A DNA stretch of 64,000 nucleotides from Patescibacteria group bacterium. Its GTDB lineage: Bacteria; Patescibacteriota; Patescibacteriia; UBA9934; GWF2-40-263. Location: the NCBI GenBank assembly GCA_038064815.1, contig JBBTSF010000064.1:2308-66307 (forward strand). Reading direction: 5' to 3'. The translations under genes were made by a program, and so were the position numbers. The notes beneath the pieces are model-generated. The model was not told where the DNA came from. It saw only the letters and a list, made by a program, of their open reading frames with translations, and did no database searches. Positions within the stretch are counted from its first letter, which is position 1, and every line of letters begins with the position of its first letter. Shown here piece after piece: positions 27,240 to 38,071 of this stretch.

Positions 27240-29700
27240 ACCGGAAAAAGAACTTGTTCCTCCAGCGAACGTTGTTGGACAAAGTCTTGTTGAAGAAATG
27301 CAAACGTCGTACTTGAGCTACGCGATGTCTGTCATCGTTGGCCGTGCGCTTCCAGATATCCGCGACGGACTCAAGCCTGTGCATCGTCGTATTTTGTATT
27401 CGATGTGGCAGACCGGTTTGCGCTCTGGAGCAAAATTTAAAAAGTGTGCGAGCGTGGTCGGAGATGTGCTTGGTAAATACCACCCACACGGAGATAGCGC
27501 GGTTTACGAATCGCTCGTGCGTATGGCGCAAGATTTTTCTTTGCGTTATCCGCTGGTGCGAGGCCAAGGAAACTTCGGATCGCTCGATGGAGATGCCGCC
27601 GCTGCGTATCGTTACACCGAAGCCAAGCTCGAACAGATCTCCGAAGAGCTTTTGCTCGATTTGGAAAAGGGAACGGTTGATTTTGTTCCGAACTTTGACG
27701 GCACACACAAAGAACCAAAAGTCCTTCCTGCCAAACTTCCAAACTTACTCATCAACGGAACGCTCGGAATCGCCGTCGGAATGGCATCGAGCATTCCTCC
27801 ACACAACCTCACCGAAGTCTGCTCGGCGATTTTGGAACTCATCAAAAACAAAGACATCACCGTGGACGAATTGTCCGACATTGTGCTTGGACCAGATTTT
27901 CCAACGGGAGCGATCGTCTACAACAGCAAAGACATGAAGCAAGCCTTCTCCACCGGAAAGGGTGGAGTGGTGGTGCGTGCGAAGACAGAAATTGTCGAAA
28001 ACAAAAAAGGGGACTTCGTGATTCTTGTGACAGAAATTCCTTATCAAGTAAACAAGTCCACGTTGCTCATGCGTATTGCGCAAAACGTGAAAGATAAAAA
28101 GGTGGAAGGCATTCGCGATCTTCGCGATGAATCGAGCAAAGGAAAAGTTCGTATTGTGATTGAGCTCAAAAAAGATGCCTTTCCAAAAAAGGTACTCAAT
28201 CGTTTGTATCAAACCACGCAGCTTCAAGAAACATTTCACTACAACATGCTCGCGCTCGTGGATGGCATCCAACCACGCGTGCTCAACTTGAAGATGATTT
28301 TGGAAGAGTATGTGAAACATCGTCGCGAAGTCGTGCGTCGTCGCACGGAGTTCGATTTGCAACGCGCTCGAGATCGCGCGCACATCTTGGAAGGATTGCG
28401 CATCGCGATGCTCAAAATCGATGAAGTCATCGAGACAATCAAAAAATCCAAAGACAAAGATGAGGCACGCCTCAACCTTGTTAAAAAATACAAACTTTCC
28501 GAAATTCAAGCCACCGCGATTTTGGAAATGCGCTTGCAACAACTTGCCAACCTTGAGCGGTTGAAAGTGGAGCAAGAGTATGACGAAAAGATGCAGCTCA
28601 TCAAAGAACTCGAAGCGATTCTTGCCTCTGAGAAAAAGATGTTGGGCGTCATCGCCACAGAAGTAGAAGACTTGCGAAAGAAATACGGCAGCGAGCGCCG
28701 CACACAAATCATGAAGCATGGCATCAAAGAGTTTTCGATTGAGGATGTCATTCCAGATACGCCAACGGTGGTCATGATTACCCGTGCGGGATACATCAAG
28801 CGCATTCCACCAGACACATTCAAAACACAAAAGCGTGGAGGAAAAGGAGTCGCGGGACTCACGACAAAAGATGAGGATGTGGTCGAGCAAGTATTCTCCA
28901 CAACCACACACAAAGATCTTTTGTTCTTCACCAGCCGTGGTCGCGTGTTTCGCATGAAGGCATACGATGTTCCAGAGGCGACACGCATTGCAAAGGGACA
29001 AGCGTTGGTGAACTTCCTGCAACTCGCGCCAGGCGAAACCGTTTCCGCAGCGTATTCCACAGATGATATCGAGCATGCAAAATACTTACTCATGGTGACC
29101 AACAAAGGAACCGTGAAGAAGGTTGAGCTTTCTGAGTTTGAAAACATTCGCAACTCCGGGCTCATCGCGATTAAACTCAAAGATGGAGACAACCTTGAGT
29201 GGGTGCGACCAACCACGGGCAACGATGACGTCGTACTCGTCACCACACAAGGTCAGGCCATTCGATTTGCGGAAAAGAATACGCGTGCCATGGGACGTGT
29301 CGCGTCCGGTGTGCGAGGTATTCGTTTGAAAGGGAAGGATCAGGTCATCGGCATGGGAGTCATTCCAGCAAACGCCACAAAGAAACCTGGTCAATATGAA
29401 TTGTTGGTCGTGATGGCACATGGATATGGAAAGCGGACCGATATTTCTGAGTACAAAGTTCAGGGCCGAGGTGGTTCTGGAATCAAGACGGCAAACACGA
29501 CAAAGAAAACAGGTTCGATCGTTTCCGCACACGTGACTCCAGCGAACGACGAACGTGATCTGTTCGTGATTTCCAGTGCGGGACAGGTCGTTCGTTCACC
29601 ACTGTCGTCCGTTCCATCTCTTGGACGCGCGACGCAGGGAGTGCGTGTGATGCGATTTAAGAAGGAGAATGATAGTGTCGTGAGCTTAACGTTGATCTAA
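27217..29700 (+). CDS. gyrA: DNA gyrase subunit A
   Basis: [27 protein letters not shown] and AAAMRYTEA-like motifs at full length, plus the C-terminal beta-pinwheel repeats. Confidence 0.95.
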   Translation: MAPKLPIEPEKELVPPANVVGQSLVEEMQTSYLSYAMSVIVGRALPDIRDGLKPVHRRILYSMWQTGLRSGAKFKKCASVVGDVLGKYHPHGDSAVYESLVRMAQDFSLRYPLVRGQGNFGSLDGDAAAAYRYTEAKLEQISEELLLDLEKGTVDFVPNFDGTHKEPKVLPAKLPNLLINGTLGIAVGMASSIPPHNLTEVCSAILELIKNKDITVDELSDIVLGPDFPTGAIVYNSKDMKQAFSTGKGGVVVRAKTEIVENKKGDFVILVTEIPYQVNKSTLLMRIAQNVKDKKVEGIRDLRDESSKGKVRIVIELKKDAFPKKVLNRLYQTTQLQETFHYNMLALVDGIQPRVLNLKMILEEYVKHRREVVRRRTEFDLQRARDRAHILEGLRIAMLKIDEVIETIKKSKDKDEARLNLVKKYKLSEIQATAILEMRLQQLANLERLKVEQEYDEKMQLIKELEAILASEKKMLGVIATEVEDLRKKYGSERRTQIMKHGIKEFSIEDVIPDTPTVVMITRAGYIKRIPPDTFKTQKRGGKGVAGLTTKDEDVVEQVFSTTTHKDLLFFTSRGRVFRMKAYDVPEATRIAKGQALVNFLQLAPGETVSAAYSTDDIEHAKYLLMVTNKGTVKKVELSEFENIRNSGLIAIKLKDGDNLEWVRPTTGNDDVVLVTTQGQAIRFAEKNTRAMGRVASGVRGIRLKGKDQVIGMGVIPANATKKPGQYELLVVMAHGYGKRTDISEYKVQGRGGSGIKTANTTKKTGSIVSAHVTPANDERDLFVISSAGQVVRSPLSSVPSLGRATQGVRVMRFKKENDSVVSLTLI

Positions 29701-29747
29701 TAAAAACACTGCGGTTTATCCGCAGTGTTTTCGTCTACACCTTTACT

Positions 29748-30755
29748 ATGAGTTTAGAGCCCGCTTTACAACATGCCATTGAAGAAAAACTCCAGCATGA
29801 TTTCGGTTTGGATGGGATCATAGAATTTTCCGTCATTCGCGGCGGGCACCTTTGCAAAAATTATTTTTTGCAAACATCCAAAGAGCGCTATTTTTTGAAA
29901 CAGTATCGCAGCATCTCGAGCGTTGCAGATATCAAAGCGGCAGAAATCTTTTTTTTCACACACGGGTTTCCCGTGATTCTTCCGATTCGATCAAACAAAG
30001 GAAGAGATTTTTTTGATATCGAAGAACATCGGTTTAGTCTGTTTCCGTTTGTGGACCAAATTTCGCCACGCGCCAGTGAGCTCACGAAAACGATGATCGC
30101 TTCCATGGGAACAACGCTTGCGAAAATGCATTCCATTGGAAAAGACGAAAAGCATACACGATATGCTCCCATTCGACTTTGGAAGCGGGAAGATTTTTTT
30201 GCCTCGCTTCATATCCTGGAAACATTTCTCGCGAAACAAGAATCTATTTCCCCGATGCAAAAATTTGCGCTAAATAGTTTGCACATCCAAGAGGAGTATT
30301 TGGAAGAACATCAACAATCTCCCAACGATTTTTCTCTTCCGCACGACTGCCTCTTACACGGAGATTTTATTTATACGAATCTTTTTTTTGATGGGGAAGG
30401 CCAGATTCGTTCGATCTACGATTTTGAACGAACAGGGATGGGGCCTCGCGCCTACGAATTGGCGCGGAGTATTTTTTTGACCTGCTTTGACGATGGGTGG
30501 GAAGAGCGGAATTATGAGATGGCAAGAGATTTTCTCCGTGCTTACACGGATGTGTTTCCCATGCAAAAGGACGAATATATGCTCGGAGCTCGAATGTACG
30601 CCCAACATTTCATGCACATGACCTGGCTGGAAACCAAGGTGATTCTCGAGAAATCCGGGCCTCACATCAATCTCCTACACCCCGCCCGCCGCCGAACTGT
30701 TCGGTTTGTGGAAGGAGTCGATCAAATTGTCGAGAAAATCTGGCAACCGGCATGA
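29748..30755 (+). CDS. phosphotransferase enzyme family protein (APH / choline-kinase fold)
   Basis: Brenner motif HGDFIYTNLFFD and the downstream IYDFE.. motif. Substrate unknown. Confidence 0.65.
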   Translation: MSLEPALQHAIEEKLQHDFGLDGIIEFSVIRGGHLCKNYFLQTSKERYFLKQYRSISSVADIKAAEIFFFTHGFPVILPIRSNKGRDFFDIEEHRFSLFPFVDQISPRASELTKTMIASMGTTLAKMHSIGKDEKHTRYAPIRLWKREDFFASLHILETFLAKQESISPMQKFALNSLHIQEEYLEEHQQSPNDFSLPHDCLLHGDFIYTNLFFDGEGQIRSIYDFERTGMGPRAYELARSIFLTCFDDGWEERNYEMARDFLRAYTDVFPMQKDEYMLGARMYAQHFMHMTWLETKVILEKSGPHINLLHPARRRTVRFVEGVDQIVEKIWQPA

Positions 30756-30757
30756 TT

Positions 30758-30786
30758 TGACGGACAGGGCTAAAGATGGTATATTT
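30758..30786 (+). promoter_or_regulatory. promoter TTGACG-N17-TATATT upstream of rpmF
   Basis: Exact 17 nt spacing. Confidence 0.4.
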
Positions 30787-30827
30787 CTTTAGTAATTTGT
30801 AGATATTTTCAACCCCTCACGACTCCT

Positions 30828-31004
30828 ATGCCAGTGCCAGCGCGACGAAAATCCAGTTCCTCTGTTCGACGAGGAGCTTCACACATGGCCCTTAAGCCTG
30901 TGACCACAAGTATTTGCACCTCCTGCAACGCACCGATCATGCCGCACAAGGCCTGTCCAAAGTGTGGAATGTATCGCGGACGCGCAACGAAAACAAAGAA
31001 GTAG
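30828..31004 (+). CDS. rpmF: 50S ribosomal protein L32, 58 aa, below the ORF-track cutoff
   Basis: MPVPARRKSSSSVRRGASHMALKPVTTSICTSCNAPIMPHKACPKCGMYRGRATKTKK has the L32 basic N-terminus (xVPxRRxS...RRxxH) and a C-x-x-C...C-x-x-C zinc ribbon. Confidence 0.8.
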   Translation: MPVPARRKSSSSVRRGASHMALKPVTTSICTSCNAPIMPHKACPKCGMYRGRATKTKK

Positions 31005-31072
31005 TCATGGATAGAGTCGTTAAGAATTCTTGACGGCTCGACTACCTGACGACTTATCTCGCTCTTTTCCTT

Positions 31073-31558
31073 ATGTCCAATCGTCATCTTTCACGAACGA
31101 TCGCCATGCAATCCCTCTATCAGTGGGATTTTTTGGAAAAACCGGAAGGAACGCTTCCGGAGATCATCGCCTTTAATCGTAGAGAATTCGCACCGAAGTT
31201 TGATGATGAAGGATTTGTGGAGACACTTGTCGAAGGTGTCATTAAACATCAAGACGAAATCGATAAAACGATTACGGAGTTTGCCCCCGATTGGCCGCTT
31301 GATACGCTCGCGATCGTGGATCGAAATATTTTGCGCCTTGGGGTGTATGAATTGATGTATCACGATGCCATTCCCGCAAAGGTGGCGATCAATGAAGCCA
31401 TTGAGCTCGCAAAAGGATTCGGAGGGCCGTCGTCTGGCAAGTTTGTGAATGGAGTTCTCGGTGCGGTTTATAAAGATCTCCTCGCAAAAGGTCAGATCAA
31501 GGCCGTTGATAAAGTCGCTAAACCAGAAATGGCTGTCGAACCAATTCCCAACAGCTAA
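31073..31558 (+). CDS. nusB: transcription antitermination factor NusB
   Basis: RHLSRTIAMQSLYQWDF...ILRLGVYELMY... Confidence 0.85.
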   Translation: MSNRHLSRTIAMQSLYQWDFLEKPEGTLPEIIAFNRREFAPKFDDEGFVETLVEGVIKHQDEIDKTITEFAPDWPLDTLAIVDRNILRLGVYELMYHDAIPAKVAINEAIELAKGFGGPSSGKFVNGVLGAVYKDLLAKGQIKAVDKVAKPEMAVEPIPNS

Positions 31559-31567
31559 CGCCCTCAT

Positions 31568-32263
31568 ATGCCTAAAGAAGAACTGGAGGATTTAGAGCAG
31601 ACGCTTGGTGTCACGTTCAACAACAAAGACACGTTACGACAAGCGCTTGTTCACCGATCCTATCTCAACGAACATCCCGACTTTCCGCTCGGTCACAACG
31701 AACGATTGGAATTTTTGGGCGACGCGGTTCTCGAACTTGTTGTCACAGAACACCTGTACGACAACTACGAAAACCCAGAAGGAGAACTCACCAACTGGCG
31801 CGCGGCTCTGGTGAACGCCGAAATGCTCGCCGAGCTTTGTGCAAAGTTGGAGATCGAACCGTATCTGCACCTGTCCCGCGGGGAAGCAAAAGATAAAGAT
31901 TCCAAAGCGCGAAAGTACATTCTCGCGAACGCGTTTGAAGCATTGATTGGAGCAATCTATATTGATGGCCAATGGGAACCCTCAAAGAAATTTATCGAAG
32001 AGCGCGTCCTGTGCGAACTGCCACGTATTCTGAAGCAGCGTTTGTATATCGATCCGAAGAGTCGATTCCAAGAAGCGGCGCAGGAACACGCCGGCGTCAC
32101 GCCTTCCTACAAAGTCCTCTCCGAAGAAGGTCCAGATCACGCCAAACAGTTTCAAGTCGGTGTGTATCTCGCAAAAGAACAGATAGCGATCGGAATCGGC
32201 ATGTCAAAACATGAAGCTCAAGTCGTTGCTGCAGAAGCGGCATTGAAAGAAAAAGGTTGGTAA
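31568..32263 (+). CDS. rnc: ribonuclease III
   Basis: RNase III signature ERLEFLGDAVLELVV and the dsRBD at the C-terminus. Confidence 0.9.
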   Translation: MPKEELEDLEQTLGVTFNNKDTLRQALVHRSYLNEHPDFPLGHNERLEFLGDAVLELVVTEHLYDNYENPEGELTNWRAALVNAEMLAELCAKLEIEPYLHLSRGEAKDKDSKARKYILANAFEALIGAIYIDGQWEPSKKFIEERVLCELPRILKQRLYIDPKSRFQEAAQEHAGVTPSYKVLSEEGPDHAKQFQVGVYLAKEQIAIGIGMSKHEAQVVAAEAALKEKGW

Positions 32264-32324
32264 AGAAAAACATCCTCGTGAAGAGGATGTTTTTTGATAC
32301 GAATCGGGTATACTTCAAAACACT

Positions 32325-34349
32325 ATGCCTATTCCAGCGACAAAACGTGAGGAATTAAAAGAAGAGATCCATGGAATTTCCGTTTCGGATCCGTATCGTT
32401 GGTTGGAAAATCCGGACCATCCTGAGGTCAAAGATTGGATTGCGGAGCAAAATGCCTGGACGGATTCGCATCTGCGCAATGAAACGCAGAAGATGTTTTC
32501 TGAAGAACTTGCGCGCAGTTTTCATGTCGTGAATTTTTCGAGTCCTGTTCCCGTGAACGGCCGATACTTTTTTACAGAGCGCCAGCCGGGGCAGGATCAG
32601 ATGGTTTTGTTTGTAAAAAATGGATTAGAGGATGAACCAACGGAACTCATCAATCCAAATGCGATCGGAACGACGACCACATTAGATTTTTGGATGCCGA
32701 GTTCGACGGGTCGATTTGTTGCTTACGGCCTTTCTTCTGGGGGAGATGAAATTGCCACATTGCGCGTGATGGACGTAGAAACAAAACAAGATCTCCCAGA
32801 CACGATCGCGCCATGTCGCTATGCATCGATCACGTGGTTACCCGATGACTCAGGATTTTTTTATACGCGTGGTCCAAAACCTGGAACCGTCCCCGACAAT
32901 GAAATCACGTTGCACAACAAGTTGTATTTTCATGTGCTCGGAGCGGATCCTCAGACAGACATGATGGTGTTTGGGGAGGGAAGACCGATGGATGATATGA
33001 TCCAGCTTTCGATGTCTGTTGATGGAAATCTCCTTGCGATCCACGTTGCACGCACTTGGACGCACAACGAAATATATCTTTACGACATTAAACAAAAAAC
33101 ACTTTCACCGCTTATCGTGAATATTCCCGCACAGTTCATACTGGAGTTTCTCAACGACAAAGTGATTGTAAAGACAAACTATCTTGCGGATCGATACCGC
33201 GTTTTGACGACCCACCTGAACGATCTTTTCAAACCACTCGACGGCTGGGAGGAGTTTATCCCTCAGCGTGATTCTGTTTTGGAGTCTGTGCATGTGACAA
33301 AAGATCAGATTCTTCTTTCGTATCTTGTGAATGTCTGTGGTCAGATTGTGACACTCGATCACAACGGACGTGAGACGGGAACGATTCCACTTCCTGCGTT
33401 TACCACAATCACCGATATTTCTTCCCGCATTGAAGAAGCGGAATTTTTTTACGGCATCGCTTCGTTCACGTTTCCAAAAAAGATTTATCGATTTGATGCG
33501 ACACGTAAGCAATACGATCTTTATCGCGCGACGGACAATCCGATTTCTCCAGAGAACTATGTCGCCACGCAACAGTGGTGCGTCTCCAAAGACGGAACGA
33601 AGATCCCGTATTTTCTTTTTCATAAAAAGGACGTTGAACTCAATGGAAAAAATCCAACGCTTCTTTATGGCTACGGTGGGTTTGCTTCGAGTGTGTTGCC
33701 AATGTTTATGCGTCAGTGGATCCCGTGGCTTGAGCGTGGTGGAGTTTTTGTCGTTGCGAACATTCGTGGTGGTGGCGAGTTTGGCGAATCCTGGCACACG
33801 CAAGGAATCAAAGATCGAAAACAAAATGGGTATGATGATTTTATTGCGGTTGGGGAACAGTTAGTCGTCGATCAAGTCACCGATTCGTCTCATCTTGGAA
33901 TCATCGGAGGAAGTAATGGTGGTTTGCTTGTGAGTGCGGTTGCCGTCCAACGACCAGATTTATTTGAATCGGTCTGTTCGATGGTACCGCTTACCGATAT
34001 GGTGCGCTTCCCAAAGTTTGGAATGGCGATGCGATGGGTTCATGAATATGGAAATCCAGAAATCAAAAATGACTTGGAGCAAATTCTCAAATGGAGTCCG
34101 TATCACAACGTGAAGTCAGACGTTGAATATCCAAATATTCTTTTTACGACGGCGAACAAAGATACACGTGTCGATCCGCTGCATGCCAGAAAGATGGCGG
34201 CTGCATTGCAGGCCGTGAATCAAAAAAACGTGGTGTTGATTTTCAGTGAAGAGGAAGCAGGTCACGGTCCAGGAAAACCGATTTCAAAATACGTCGAAGC
34301 GCAGTCATTGATTCTTACGTTTTTTGCCCAGACGCTTGGGCTCAAATAA
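32325..34349 (+). CDS. prolyl oligopeptidase (S9A) family peptidase
   Basis: N-terminal beta-propeller and a C-terminal alpha/beta hydrolase domain with GGSNGGLLV (catalytic Ser), D and H. Confidence 0.85.
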   Translation: MPIPATKREELKEEIHGISVSDPYRWLENPDHPEVKDWIAEQNAWTDSHLRNETQKMFSEELARSFHVVNFSSPVPVNGRYFFTERQPGQDQMVLFVKNGLEDEPTELINPNAIGTTTTLDFWMPSSTGRFVAYGLSSGGDEIATLRVMDVETKQDLPDTIAPCRYASITWLPDDSGFFYTRGPKPGTVPDNEITLHNKLYFHVLGADPQTDMMVFGEGRPMDDMIQLSMSVDGNLLAIHVARTWTHNEIYLYDIKQKTLSPLIVNIPAQFILEFLNDKVIVKTNYLADRYRVLTTHLNDLFKPLDGWEEFIPQRDSVLESVHVTKDQILLSYLVNVCGQIVTLDHNGRETGTIPLPAFTTITDISSRIEEAEFFYGIASFTFPKKIYRFDATRKQYDLYRATDNPISPENYVATQQWCVSKDGTKIPYFLFHKKDVELNGKNPTLLYGYGGFASSVLPMFMRQWIPWLERGGVFVVANIRGGGEFGESWHTQGIKDRKQNGYDDFIAVGEQLVVDQVTDSSHLGIIGGSNGGLLVSAVAVQRPDLFESVCSMVPLTDMVRFPKFGMAMRWVHEYGNPEIKNDLEQILKWSPYHNVKSDVEYPNILFTTANKDTRVDPLHARKMAAALQAVNQKNVVLIFSEEEAGHGPGKPISKYVEAQSLILTFFAQTLGLK

Positions 34350-34393
34350 AAAAACCTCAATACAAAAGACACCCTCTTTCAAGGGTGTCTTTT

Positions 34394-34471
34394 GTGGTGC
34401 GGGCAGAGGGGCTCGAACCCCCAACCCTCAGCTTCGAAGGCTGATGCTCTATCCAATTGAGCTATGCCCGC
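34394..34471 (-). tRNA. tRNA-Arg (anticodon UCG) with encoded CCA
   Basis: Minus-strand sequence GCGGGCATAGCTCAATTGGATAGAGCATCAGCCTTCGAAGCTGAGGGTTGGGGGTTCGAGCCCCTCTGCCCGCACCA. Anticodon stem TCAGC/GCTGA with loop CTTCGAA gives TCG. Confidence 0.85.
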
Positions 34472-34560
34472 ATTCCAGAAGGACACGCGCTGAATGATAG
34501 GCAAAAGATTGACTCTCGTCAATCAATCTGGCAGAATTGAGCCGTTCATCAATGTCTTAT

Positions 34561-34635
34561 GCGCTGGTAGCTCAGCGGTAGAGCAGGAGACTCTTAATCT
34601 CTTGGCCGTGGGTTCGATCCCCACCCAGCGCACCA
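34561..34635 (+). tRNA. tRNA-Lys (anticodon CUU) with encoded CCA
   Basis: GCGCTGGTAGCTCAGCGGTAGAGCAGGAGACTCTTAATCTCTTGGCCGTGGGTTCGATCCCCACCCAGCGCACCA. Anticodon loop CTCTTAA. T-loop TTCGATC. Confidence 0.85.
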
Positions 34636-34665
34636 AAAAGAGACCACGTGTGTGGTCTCTTTTTA
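34636..34665 (+). terminator. intrinsic terminator after tRNA-Lys
   Basis: AGAGACCAC-gtgtg-TGGTCTCTTTTT. Confidence 0.6.
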
Positions 34666-34733
34666 TGTACGTATTATTCTCAATCATATTCGTCAACTCC
34701 GGCTAGTCTTTTTCTACTCGGAAATCTCCTGAT

Positions 34734-36197
34734 ATGATATCTTTGCCACATCAATTAATCGAACCTATGGAAGAGAAAAAAATAACGGCTCGGGCGGAGG
34801 ACTATAATCAATGGTATTTGGATGTGATTGCCGCGGCAGATTTGGCCGAACATTCGCCTGTGAAAGGCTGTATGGTCATCAAACCGTACGGATATGCCAT
34901 CTGGGAGATGATGCAGAAAACGCTTGATCAGAAATTCAAAGATCAGGGAGTGGAAAACGCCTATTTTCCTTTGTTTATACCAGAAAGCTTTTTAAAGCGT
35001 GAAGAAAACCACGTAGAAGGGTTTGCGCCTGAGGTGGCCGTCGTCACTCATGCTGGCGGGAAAAAATTGGAAGAGCCGCTCGTCGTGCGTCCAACGTCGG
35101 AGACGATCATGTACGAAGTGTTTTCAAATTGGATTCAGTCGTATCGCGATTTGCCGCTGCTCATTAACCAATGGGCGAACGTCGTGCGTTGGGAACTCCG
35201 AACACGTTTGTTTTTGCGCACCACAGAATTTTTGTGGCAAGAAGGACACACGGTTCACGCAAGTTCTGAAGAAGCGGATGCATTCGCGCGCACTATGCTC
35301 GATGTCTACGGAGACTTTGCGGAAAACTACTTGGCCGTTCCTGCGGTTCTTGGTCAAAAATCTGACAGCGAAAAGTTTGCCGGAGCGCACACAACCTATT
35401 GTGTAGAGGCGATGATGCAAGATGGCAAAGCCCTTCAATTCGGCACCTCACATTTTTTGGGACAGAATTTTGCCAAAGCGTTCAATGTGAAGTTTAGCGA
35501 CAAAGAAAATGTCGAACAGTTTGGTTGGCAAACAAGTTGGGGAGTTTCCACGCGCATGATCGGTGGCCTCATCATGACCCACAGCGATGACAAAGGACTT
35601 GTCGTTCCTCCAAACATCGCGCCGGTTCAAGTCGTCATTATTCCGCTCTGGTTTAAAGAGGAACAGAAAGAAGAAATTCTCGCCGCAGCCAAGGCATTGC
35701 AAACACAACTGACGGCGCTCAACATGCGAGTCAAAATGGATGTGCGTGAACTGCGACCGGGAGAAAAGATTTTTCACTGGGAGAAAAAAGGAGTACCAGT
35801 TCGCATCGAACTTGGTCCAAAGGATCTCGCCGCTGGAGTCGGAATTGTTGCCCGACGTGATGGGGGAGACAAAGAATCGATTGAATTGAATAAGCTGCCA
35901 GAGCACGTCGCAAAGGTTCTCGAGAATATCCAACAGACGTTATGTGATCGGGCAAAGACACTTCGAGAAACGAACACCGTCTCCGTCGATTCCTGGGAGG
36001 AATTTACCAAAGCGATCGAAGAAGGAAAGTTCGTGATGGCTCACTGGTCTGGCGATGCAGAAGATGAAGCAAAGATTAAAGAAGAAAGCGGTGCGACCAT
36101 TCGCTGTTTGCCGTTTGCGCAGAAGACCGAAGAGGGGTCGTGTGTGTACAGTAAGAAGCCATCCAAGATACGCGTGTTGTTTGCCAAGTCCTATTAG
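34734..36197 (+). CDS. proS: proline--tRNA ligase, archaeal/eukaryotic-type short form
   Basis: Class II aaRS motifs and a C-terminal anticodon-binding domain. [32 protein letters not shown] at the N-terminus is typical of this ProRS subtype. The start could instead be the ATG at 34767. Confidence 0.9.
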   Translation: [487 protein letters not shown]

Positions 36198-36305
36198 AAG
36201 ATTCACAAAACAGGCCGTAAAGACGGCCTGTTTTGATTTTCGGCATTTTACAAAATGACATTGCCATGATAGAAAAGCCCCGTCACAAGGACAAGGAGGT
36301 TCCCC

Positions 36306-37298
36306 GTGAAAGTTGTGTTCATCAACGGCGATGGCATTGGGCCGGAGGTGATGAACATCACCCGCCGCGTCCTGGATGTCTTGGCGAGCGACCAGATCCA
36401 GTGGATCGAAGCCCATGCCGGGCGGCGGTGTCACGAGGCAACAGGAGAGTCGCTGCCGGCGGAAACGCTCGCACTCCTGCGCGAGCATCGTGTAGGCATC
36501 AAAGGCCCGACCGAAACGCCGAGTGGCGGAGGGTTCACGAGCGCCAACGTTCGTCTCCGTCAGGAGCTTGATCTGTTCGTAGGATTGCGTCCCGCGGTAT
36601 CGATGGGCTTGCCGGGCACGCGCGACAACGTCAACCTCGTGACGTTTCGCGAGAACACGGAAGGGCTCTACGCCTGCTCGGAGGAACAGACCGGTTTCAC
36701 GGTCGTCCTGACCGCGCGGTTCACGGCGGAGGGTATGCGGCGTCTGGCTGCCTCAGCATTCGTCTACGCCCTCGAGCACGGATACGATCACGTCACGCTT
36801 GTGACCAAAGAGAACATCCACAAGGTCTGGGGCCGGCTCTACCATGATGCGTTCAACACGGTCGCACAGATGCAGAACTTCCGCGGAATCCGCGTTGACC
36901 ACATGCTGGTCGATGCGATGTGTATGTCGCTCGTGAGGAATCCCAGCAAGTGGGGCGTCATCGTCACCGAGAATATGTTCGGGGACATTATCTCGGATCT
37001 GTGTGCGGGTCTCGTCGGCGGTCTGGGTGTCACGCCCGGCGCCAACATCGGCGCGCAGGTCGCGCTCTTCGAAGCTGTTCACGGCTCCGCTCCCGACATC
37101 GCGGGCATGGGCATCGCCAACCCGGCCGGCCTCCTGCTCTCGGGTGGGCTGCTCCTCGACCATCTCGGTCTGCGCGGATTGGGGAACCGCCTGCGCAACG
37201 CCATCGCGCAGGCCCTGCGGGCTGGCGAGTGGACGCGCGACATCGGCGGCGAGCTCAACACCTACCAGTTCACCCAGGCCGTCCTCGCCCGGGTGTAA
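36306..37298 (+). CDS. isocitrate / isopropylmalate dehydrogenase family protein, GC-rich with a GTG start
   Basis: MKVVFINGDGIGPEV...GIKGP.ETP...N(V/L)RL...DLFVGLRP...NTEG.Y.....DHMLVDAMCM is a conserved beta-decarboxylating dehydrogenase core. AAGGAGG lies 8 nt upstream of the GTG. About 65% GC. Confidence 0.75.
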   Translation: MKVVFINGDGIGPEVMNITRRVLDVLASDQIQWIEAHAGRRCHEATGESLPAETLALLREHRVGIKGPTETPSGGGFTSANVRLRQELDLFVGLRPAVSMGLPGTRDNVNLVTFRENTEGLYACSEEQTGFTVVLTARFTAEGMRRLAASAFVYALEHGYDHVTLVTKENIHKVWGRLYHDAFNTVAQMQNFRGIRVDHMLVDAMCMSLVRNPSKWGVIVTENMFGDIISDLCAGLVGGLGVTPGANIGAQVALFEAVHGSAPDIAGMGIANPAGLLLSGGLLLDHLGLRGLGNRLRNAIAQALRAGEWTRDIGGELNTYQFTQAVLARV

Positions 37299-37314
37299 AC
37301 CAGTCACGTCACGA

Positions 37315-37338
37315 CCCACTCTCACAGGTGGGATTTTT
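37315..37338 (+). terminator. intrinsic terminator after the dehydrogenase gene
   Basis: CCCACTCTCACAGGTGGG followed by ATTTTTAT. Confidence 0.55.
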
Positions 37339-37381
37339 ATTTGTAGGGATTTGGGGTCAGACCCCTGACAGTTTGAGTCAA

Positions 37382-37405
37382 TAAAAAAACACCCGACTTG
37401 GGTGT
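37382..37405 (-). terminator. intrinsic terminator for the minus-strand gene ending at 37415
   Basis: On the minus strand: CACACCCAAGTCGGGTGTG followed by TTTTTTT. Confidence 0.5.
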
Positions 37406-37414
37406 GAGACCGAA

Positions 37415-37876
37415 CTAGCTCTTCACGAGGTACAGCTGTGCTCGCTTGAGTTGCGAGCGTTCCAAGATCGTGAGAACGGCCCGTGTGATTCCGGTGGCTT
37501 CATCTGAACTGAAGGTGATGTGGAAGCCGACACGGATGACTCCATCAATTTCGACCGCGAACTGTGAGGACTGATCGACCCGGCTTTCTACCTTCAGATC
37601 CGCGATGAACCGGAGGCGACGCAGCAGAGCTCGGAGGAGTTTTCCTGGAGGCCGCATGATCAACTGCCACTGGCCGCCGGCCTTCTGTCTGACTTCGCAC
37701 GTCCTGTTTGGAATCCCTTCCAGGACGACTTCCGTTGCGCCCCGGCTCGTCACGTTTGCAAGTGTCACGTCAATGATCTGGATGACCGGGATCAACAAGT
37801 AATCCTCGATTCCCGGGTCGTCCATCGGATCGGACGCGATCGGTGGAGGACGCAACTGCACGATGGGGATTTCCAT
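37415..37876 (-). CDS. hypothetical protein of 153 aa, GC-rich
   Basis: Clean ATG start. No recognizable family. A weak PilZ-like RxxxR...DG.I.VG pattern is too weak to assert. Confidence 0.45.
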   Translation of the reverse strand: MEIPIVQLRPPPIASDPMDDPGIEDYLLIPVIQIIDVTLANVTSRGATEVVLEGIPNRTCEVRQKAGGQWQLIMRPPGKLLRALLRRLRFIADLKVESRVDQSSQFAVEIDGVIRVGFHITFSSDEATGITRAVLTILERSQLKRAQLYLVKS

Positions 37877-38071
37877 TAGTCGATCTCCACACTTGAAAGA
37901 TCAATCGTTGGTATCAGCATTGGGCACCTCCTAATCGTCACGACTGTGGTGTATTTTTCGGTTTTTGTCAATCCCGTTTCCTCATGATGATTCATTGACT
38001 TTCTTCACAAAATTGATTAACCTCTCTCTTCGTTACGCAATTTAGACCGCTTGGTTGAGAAGGGGGTTGTC

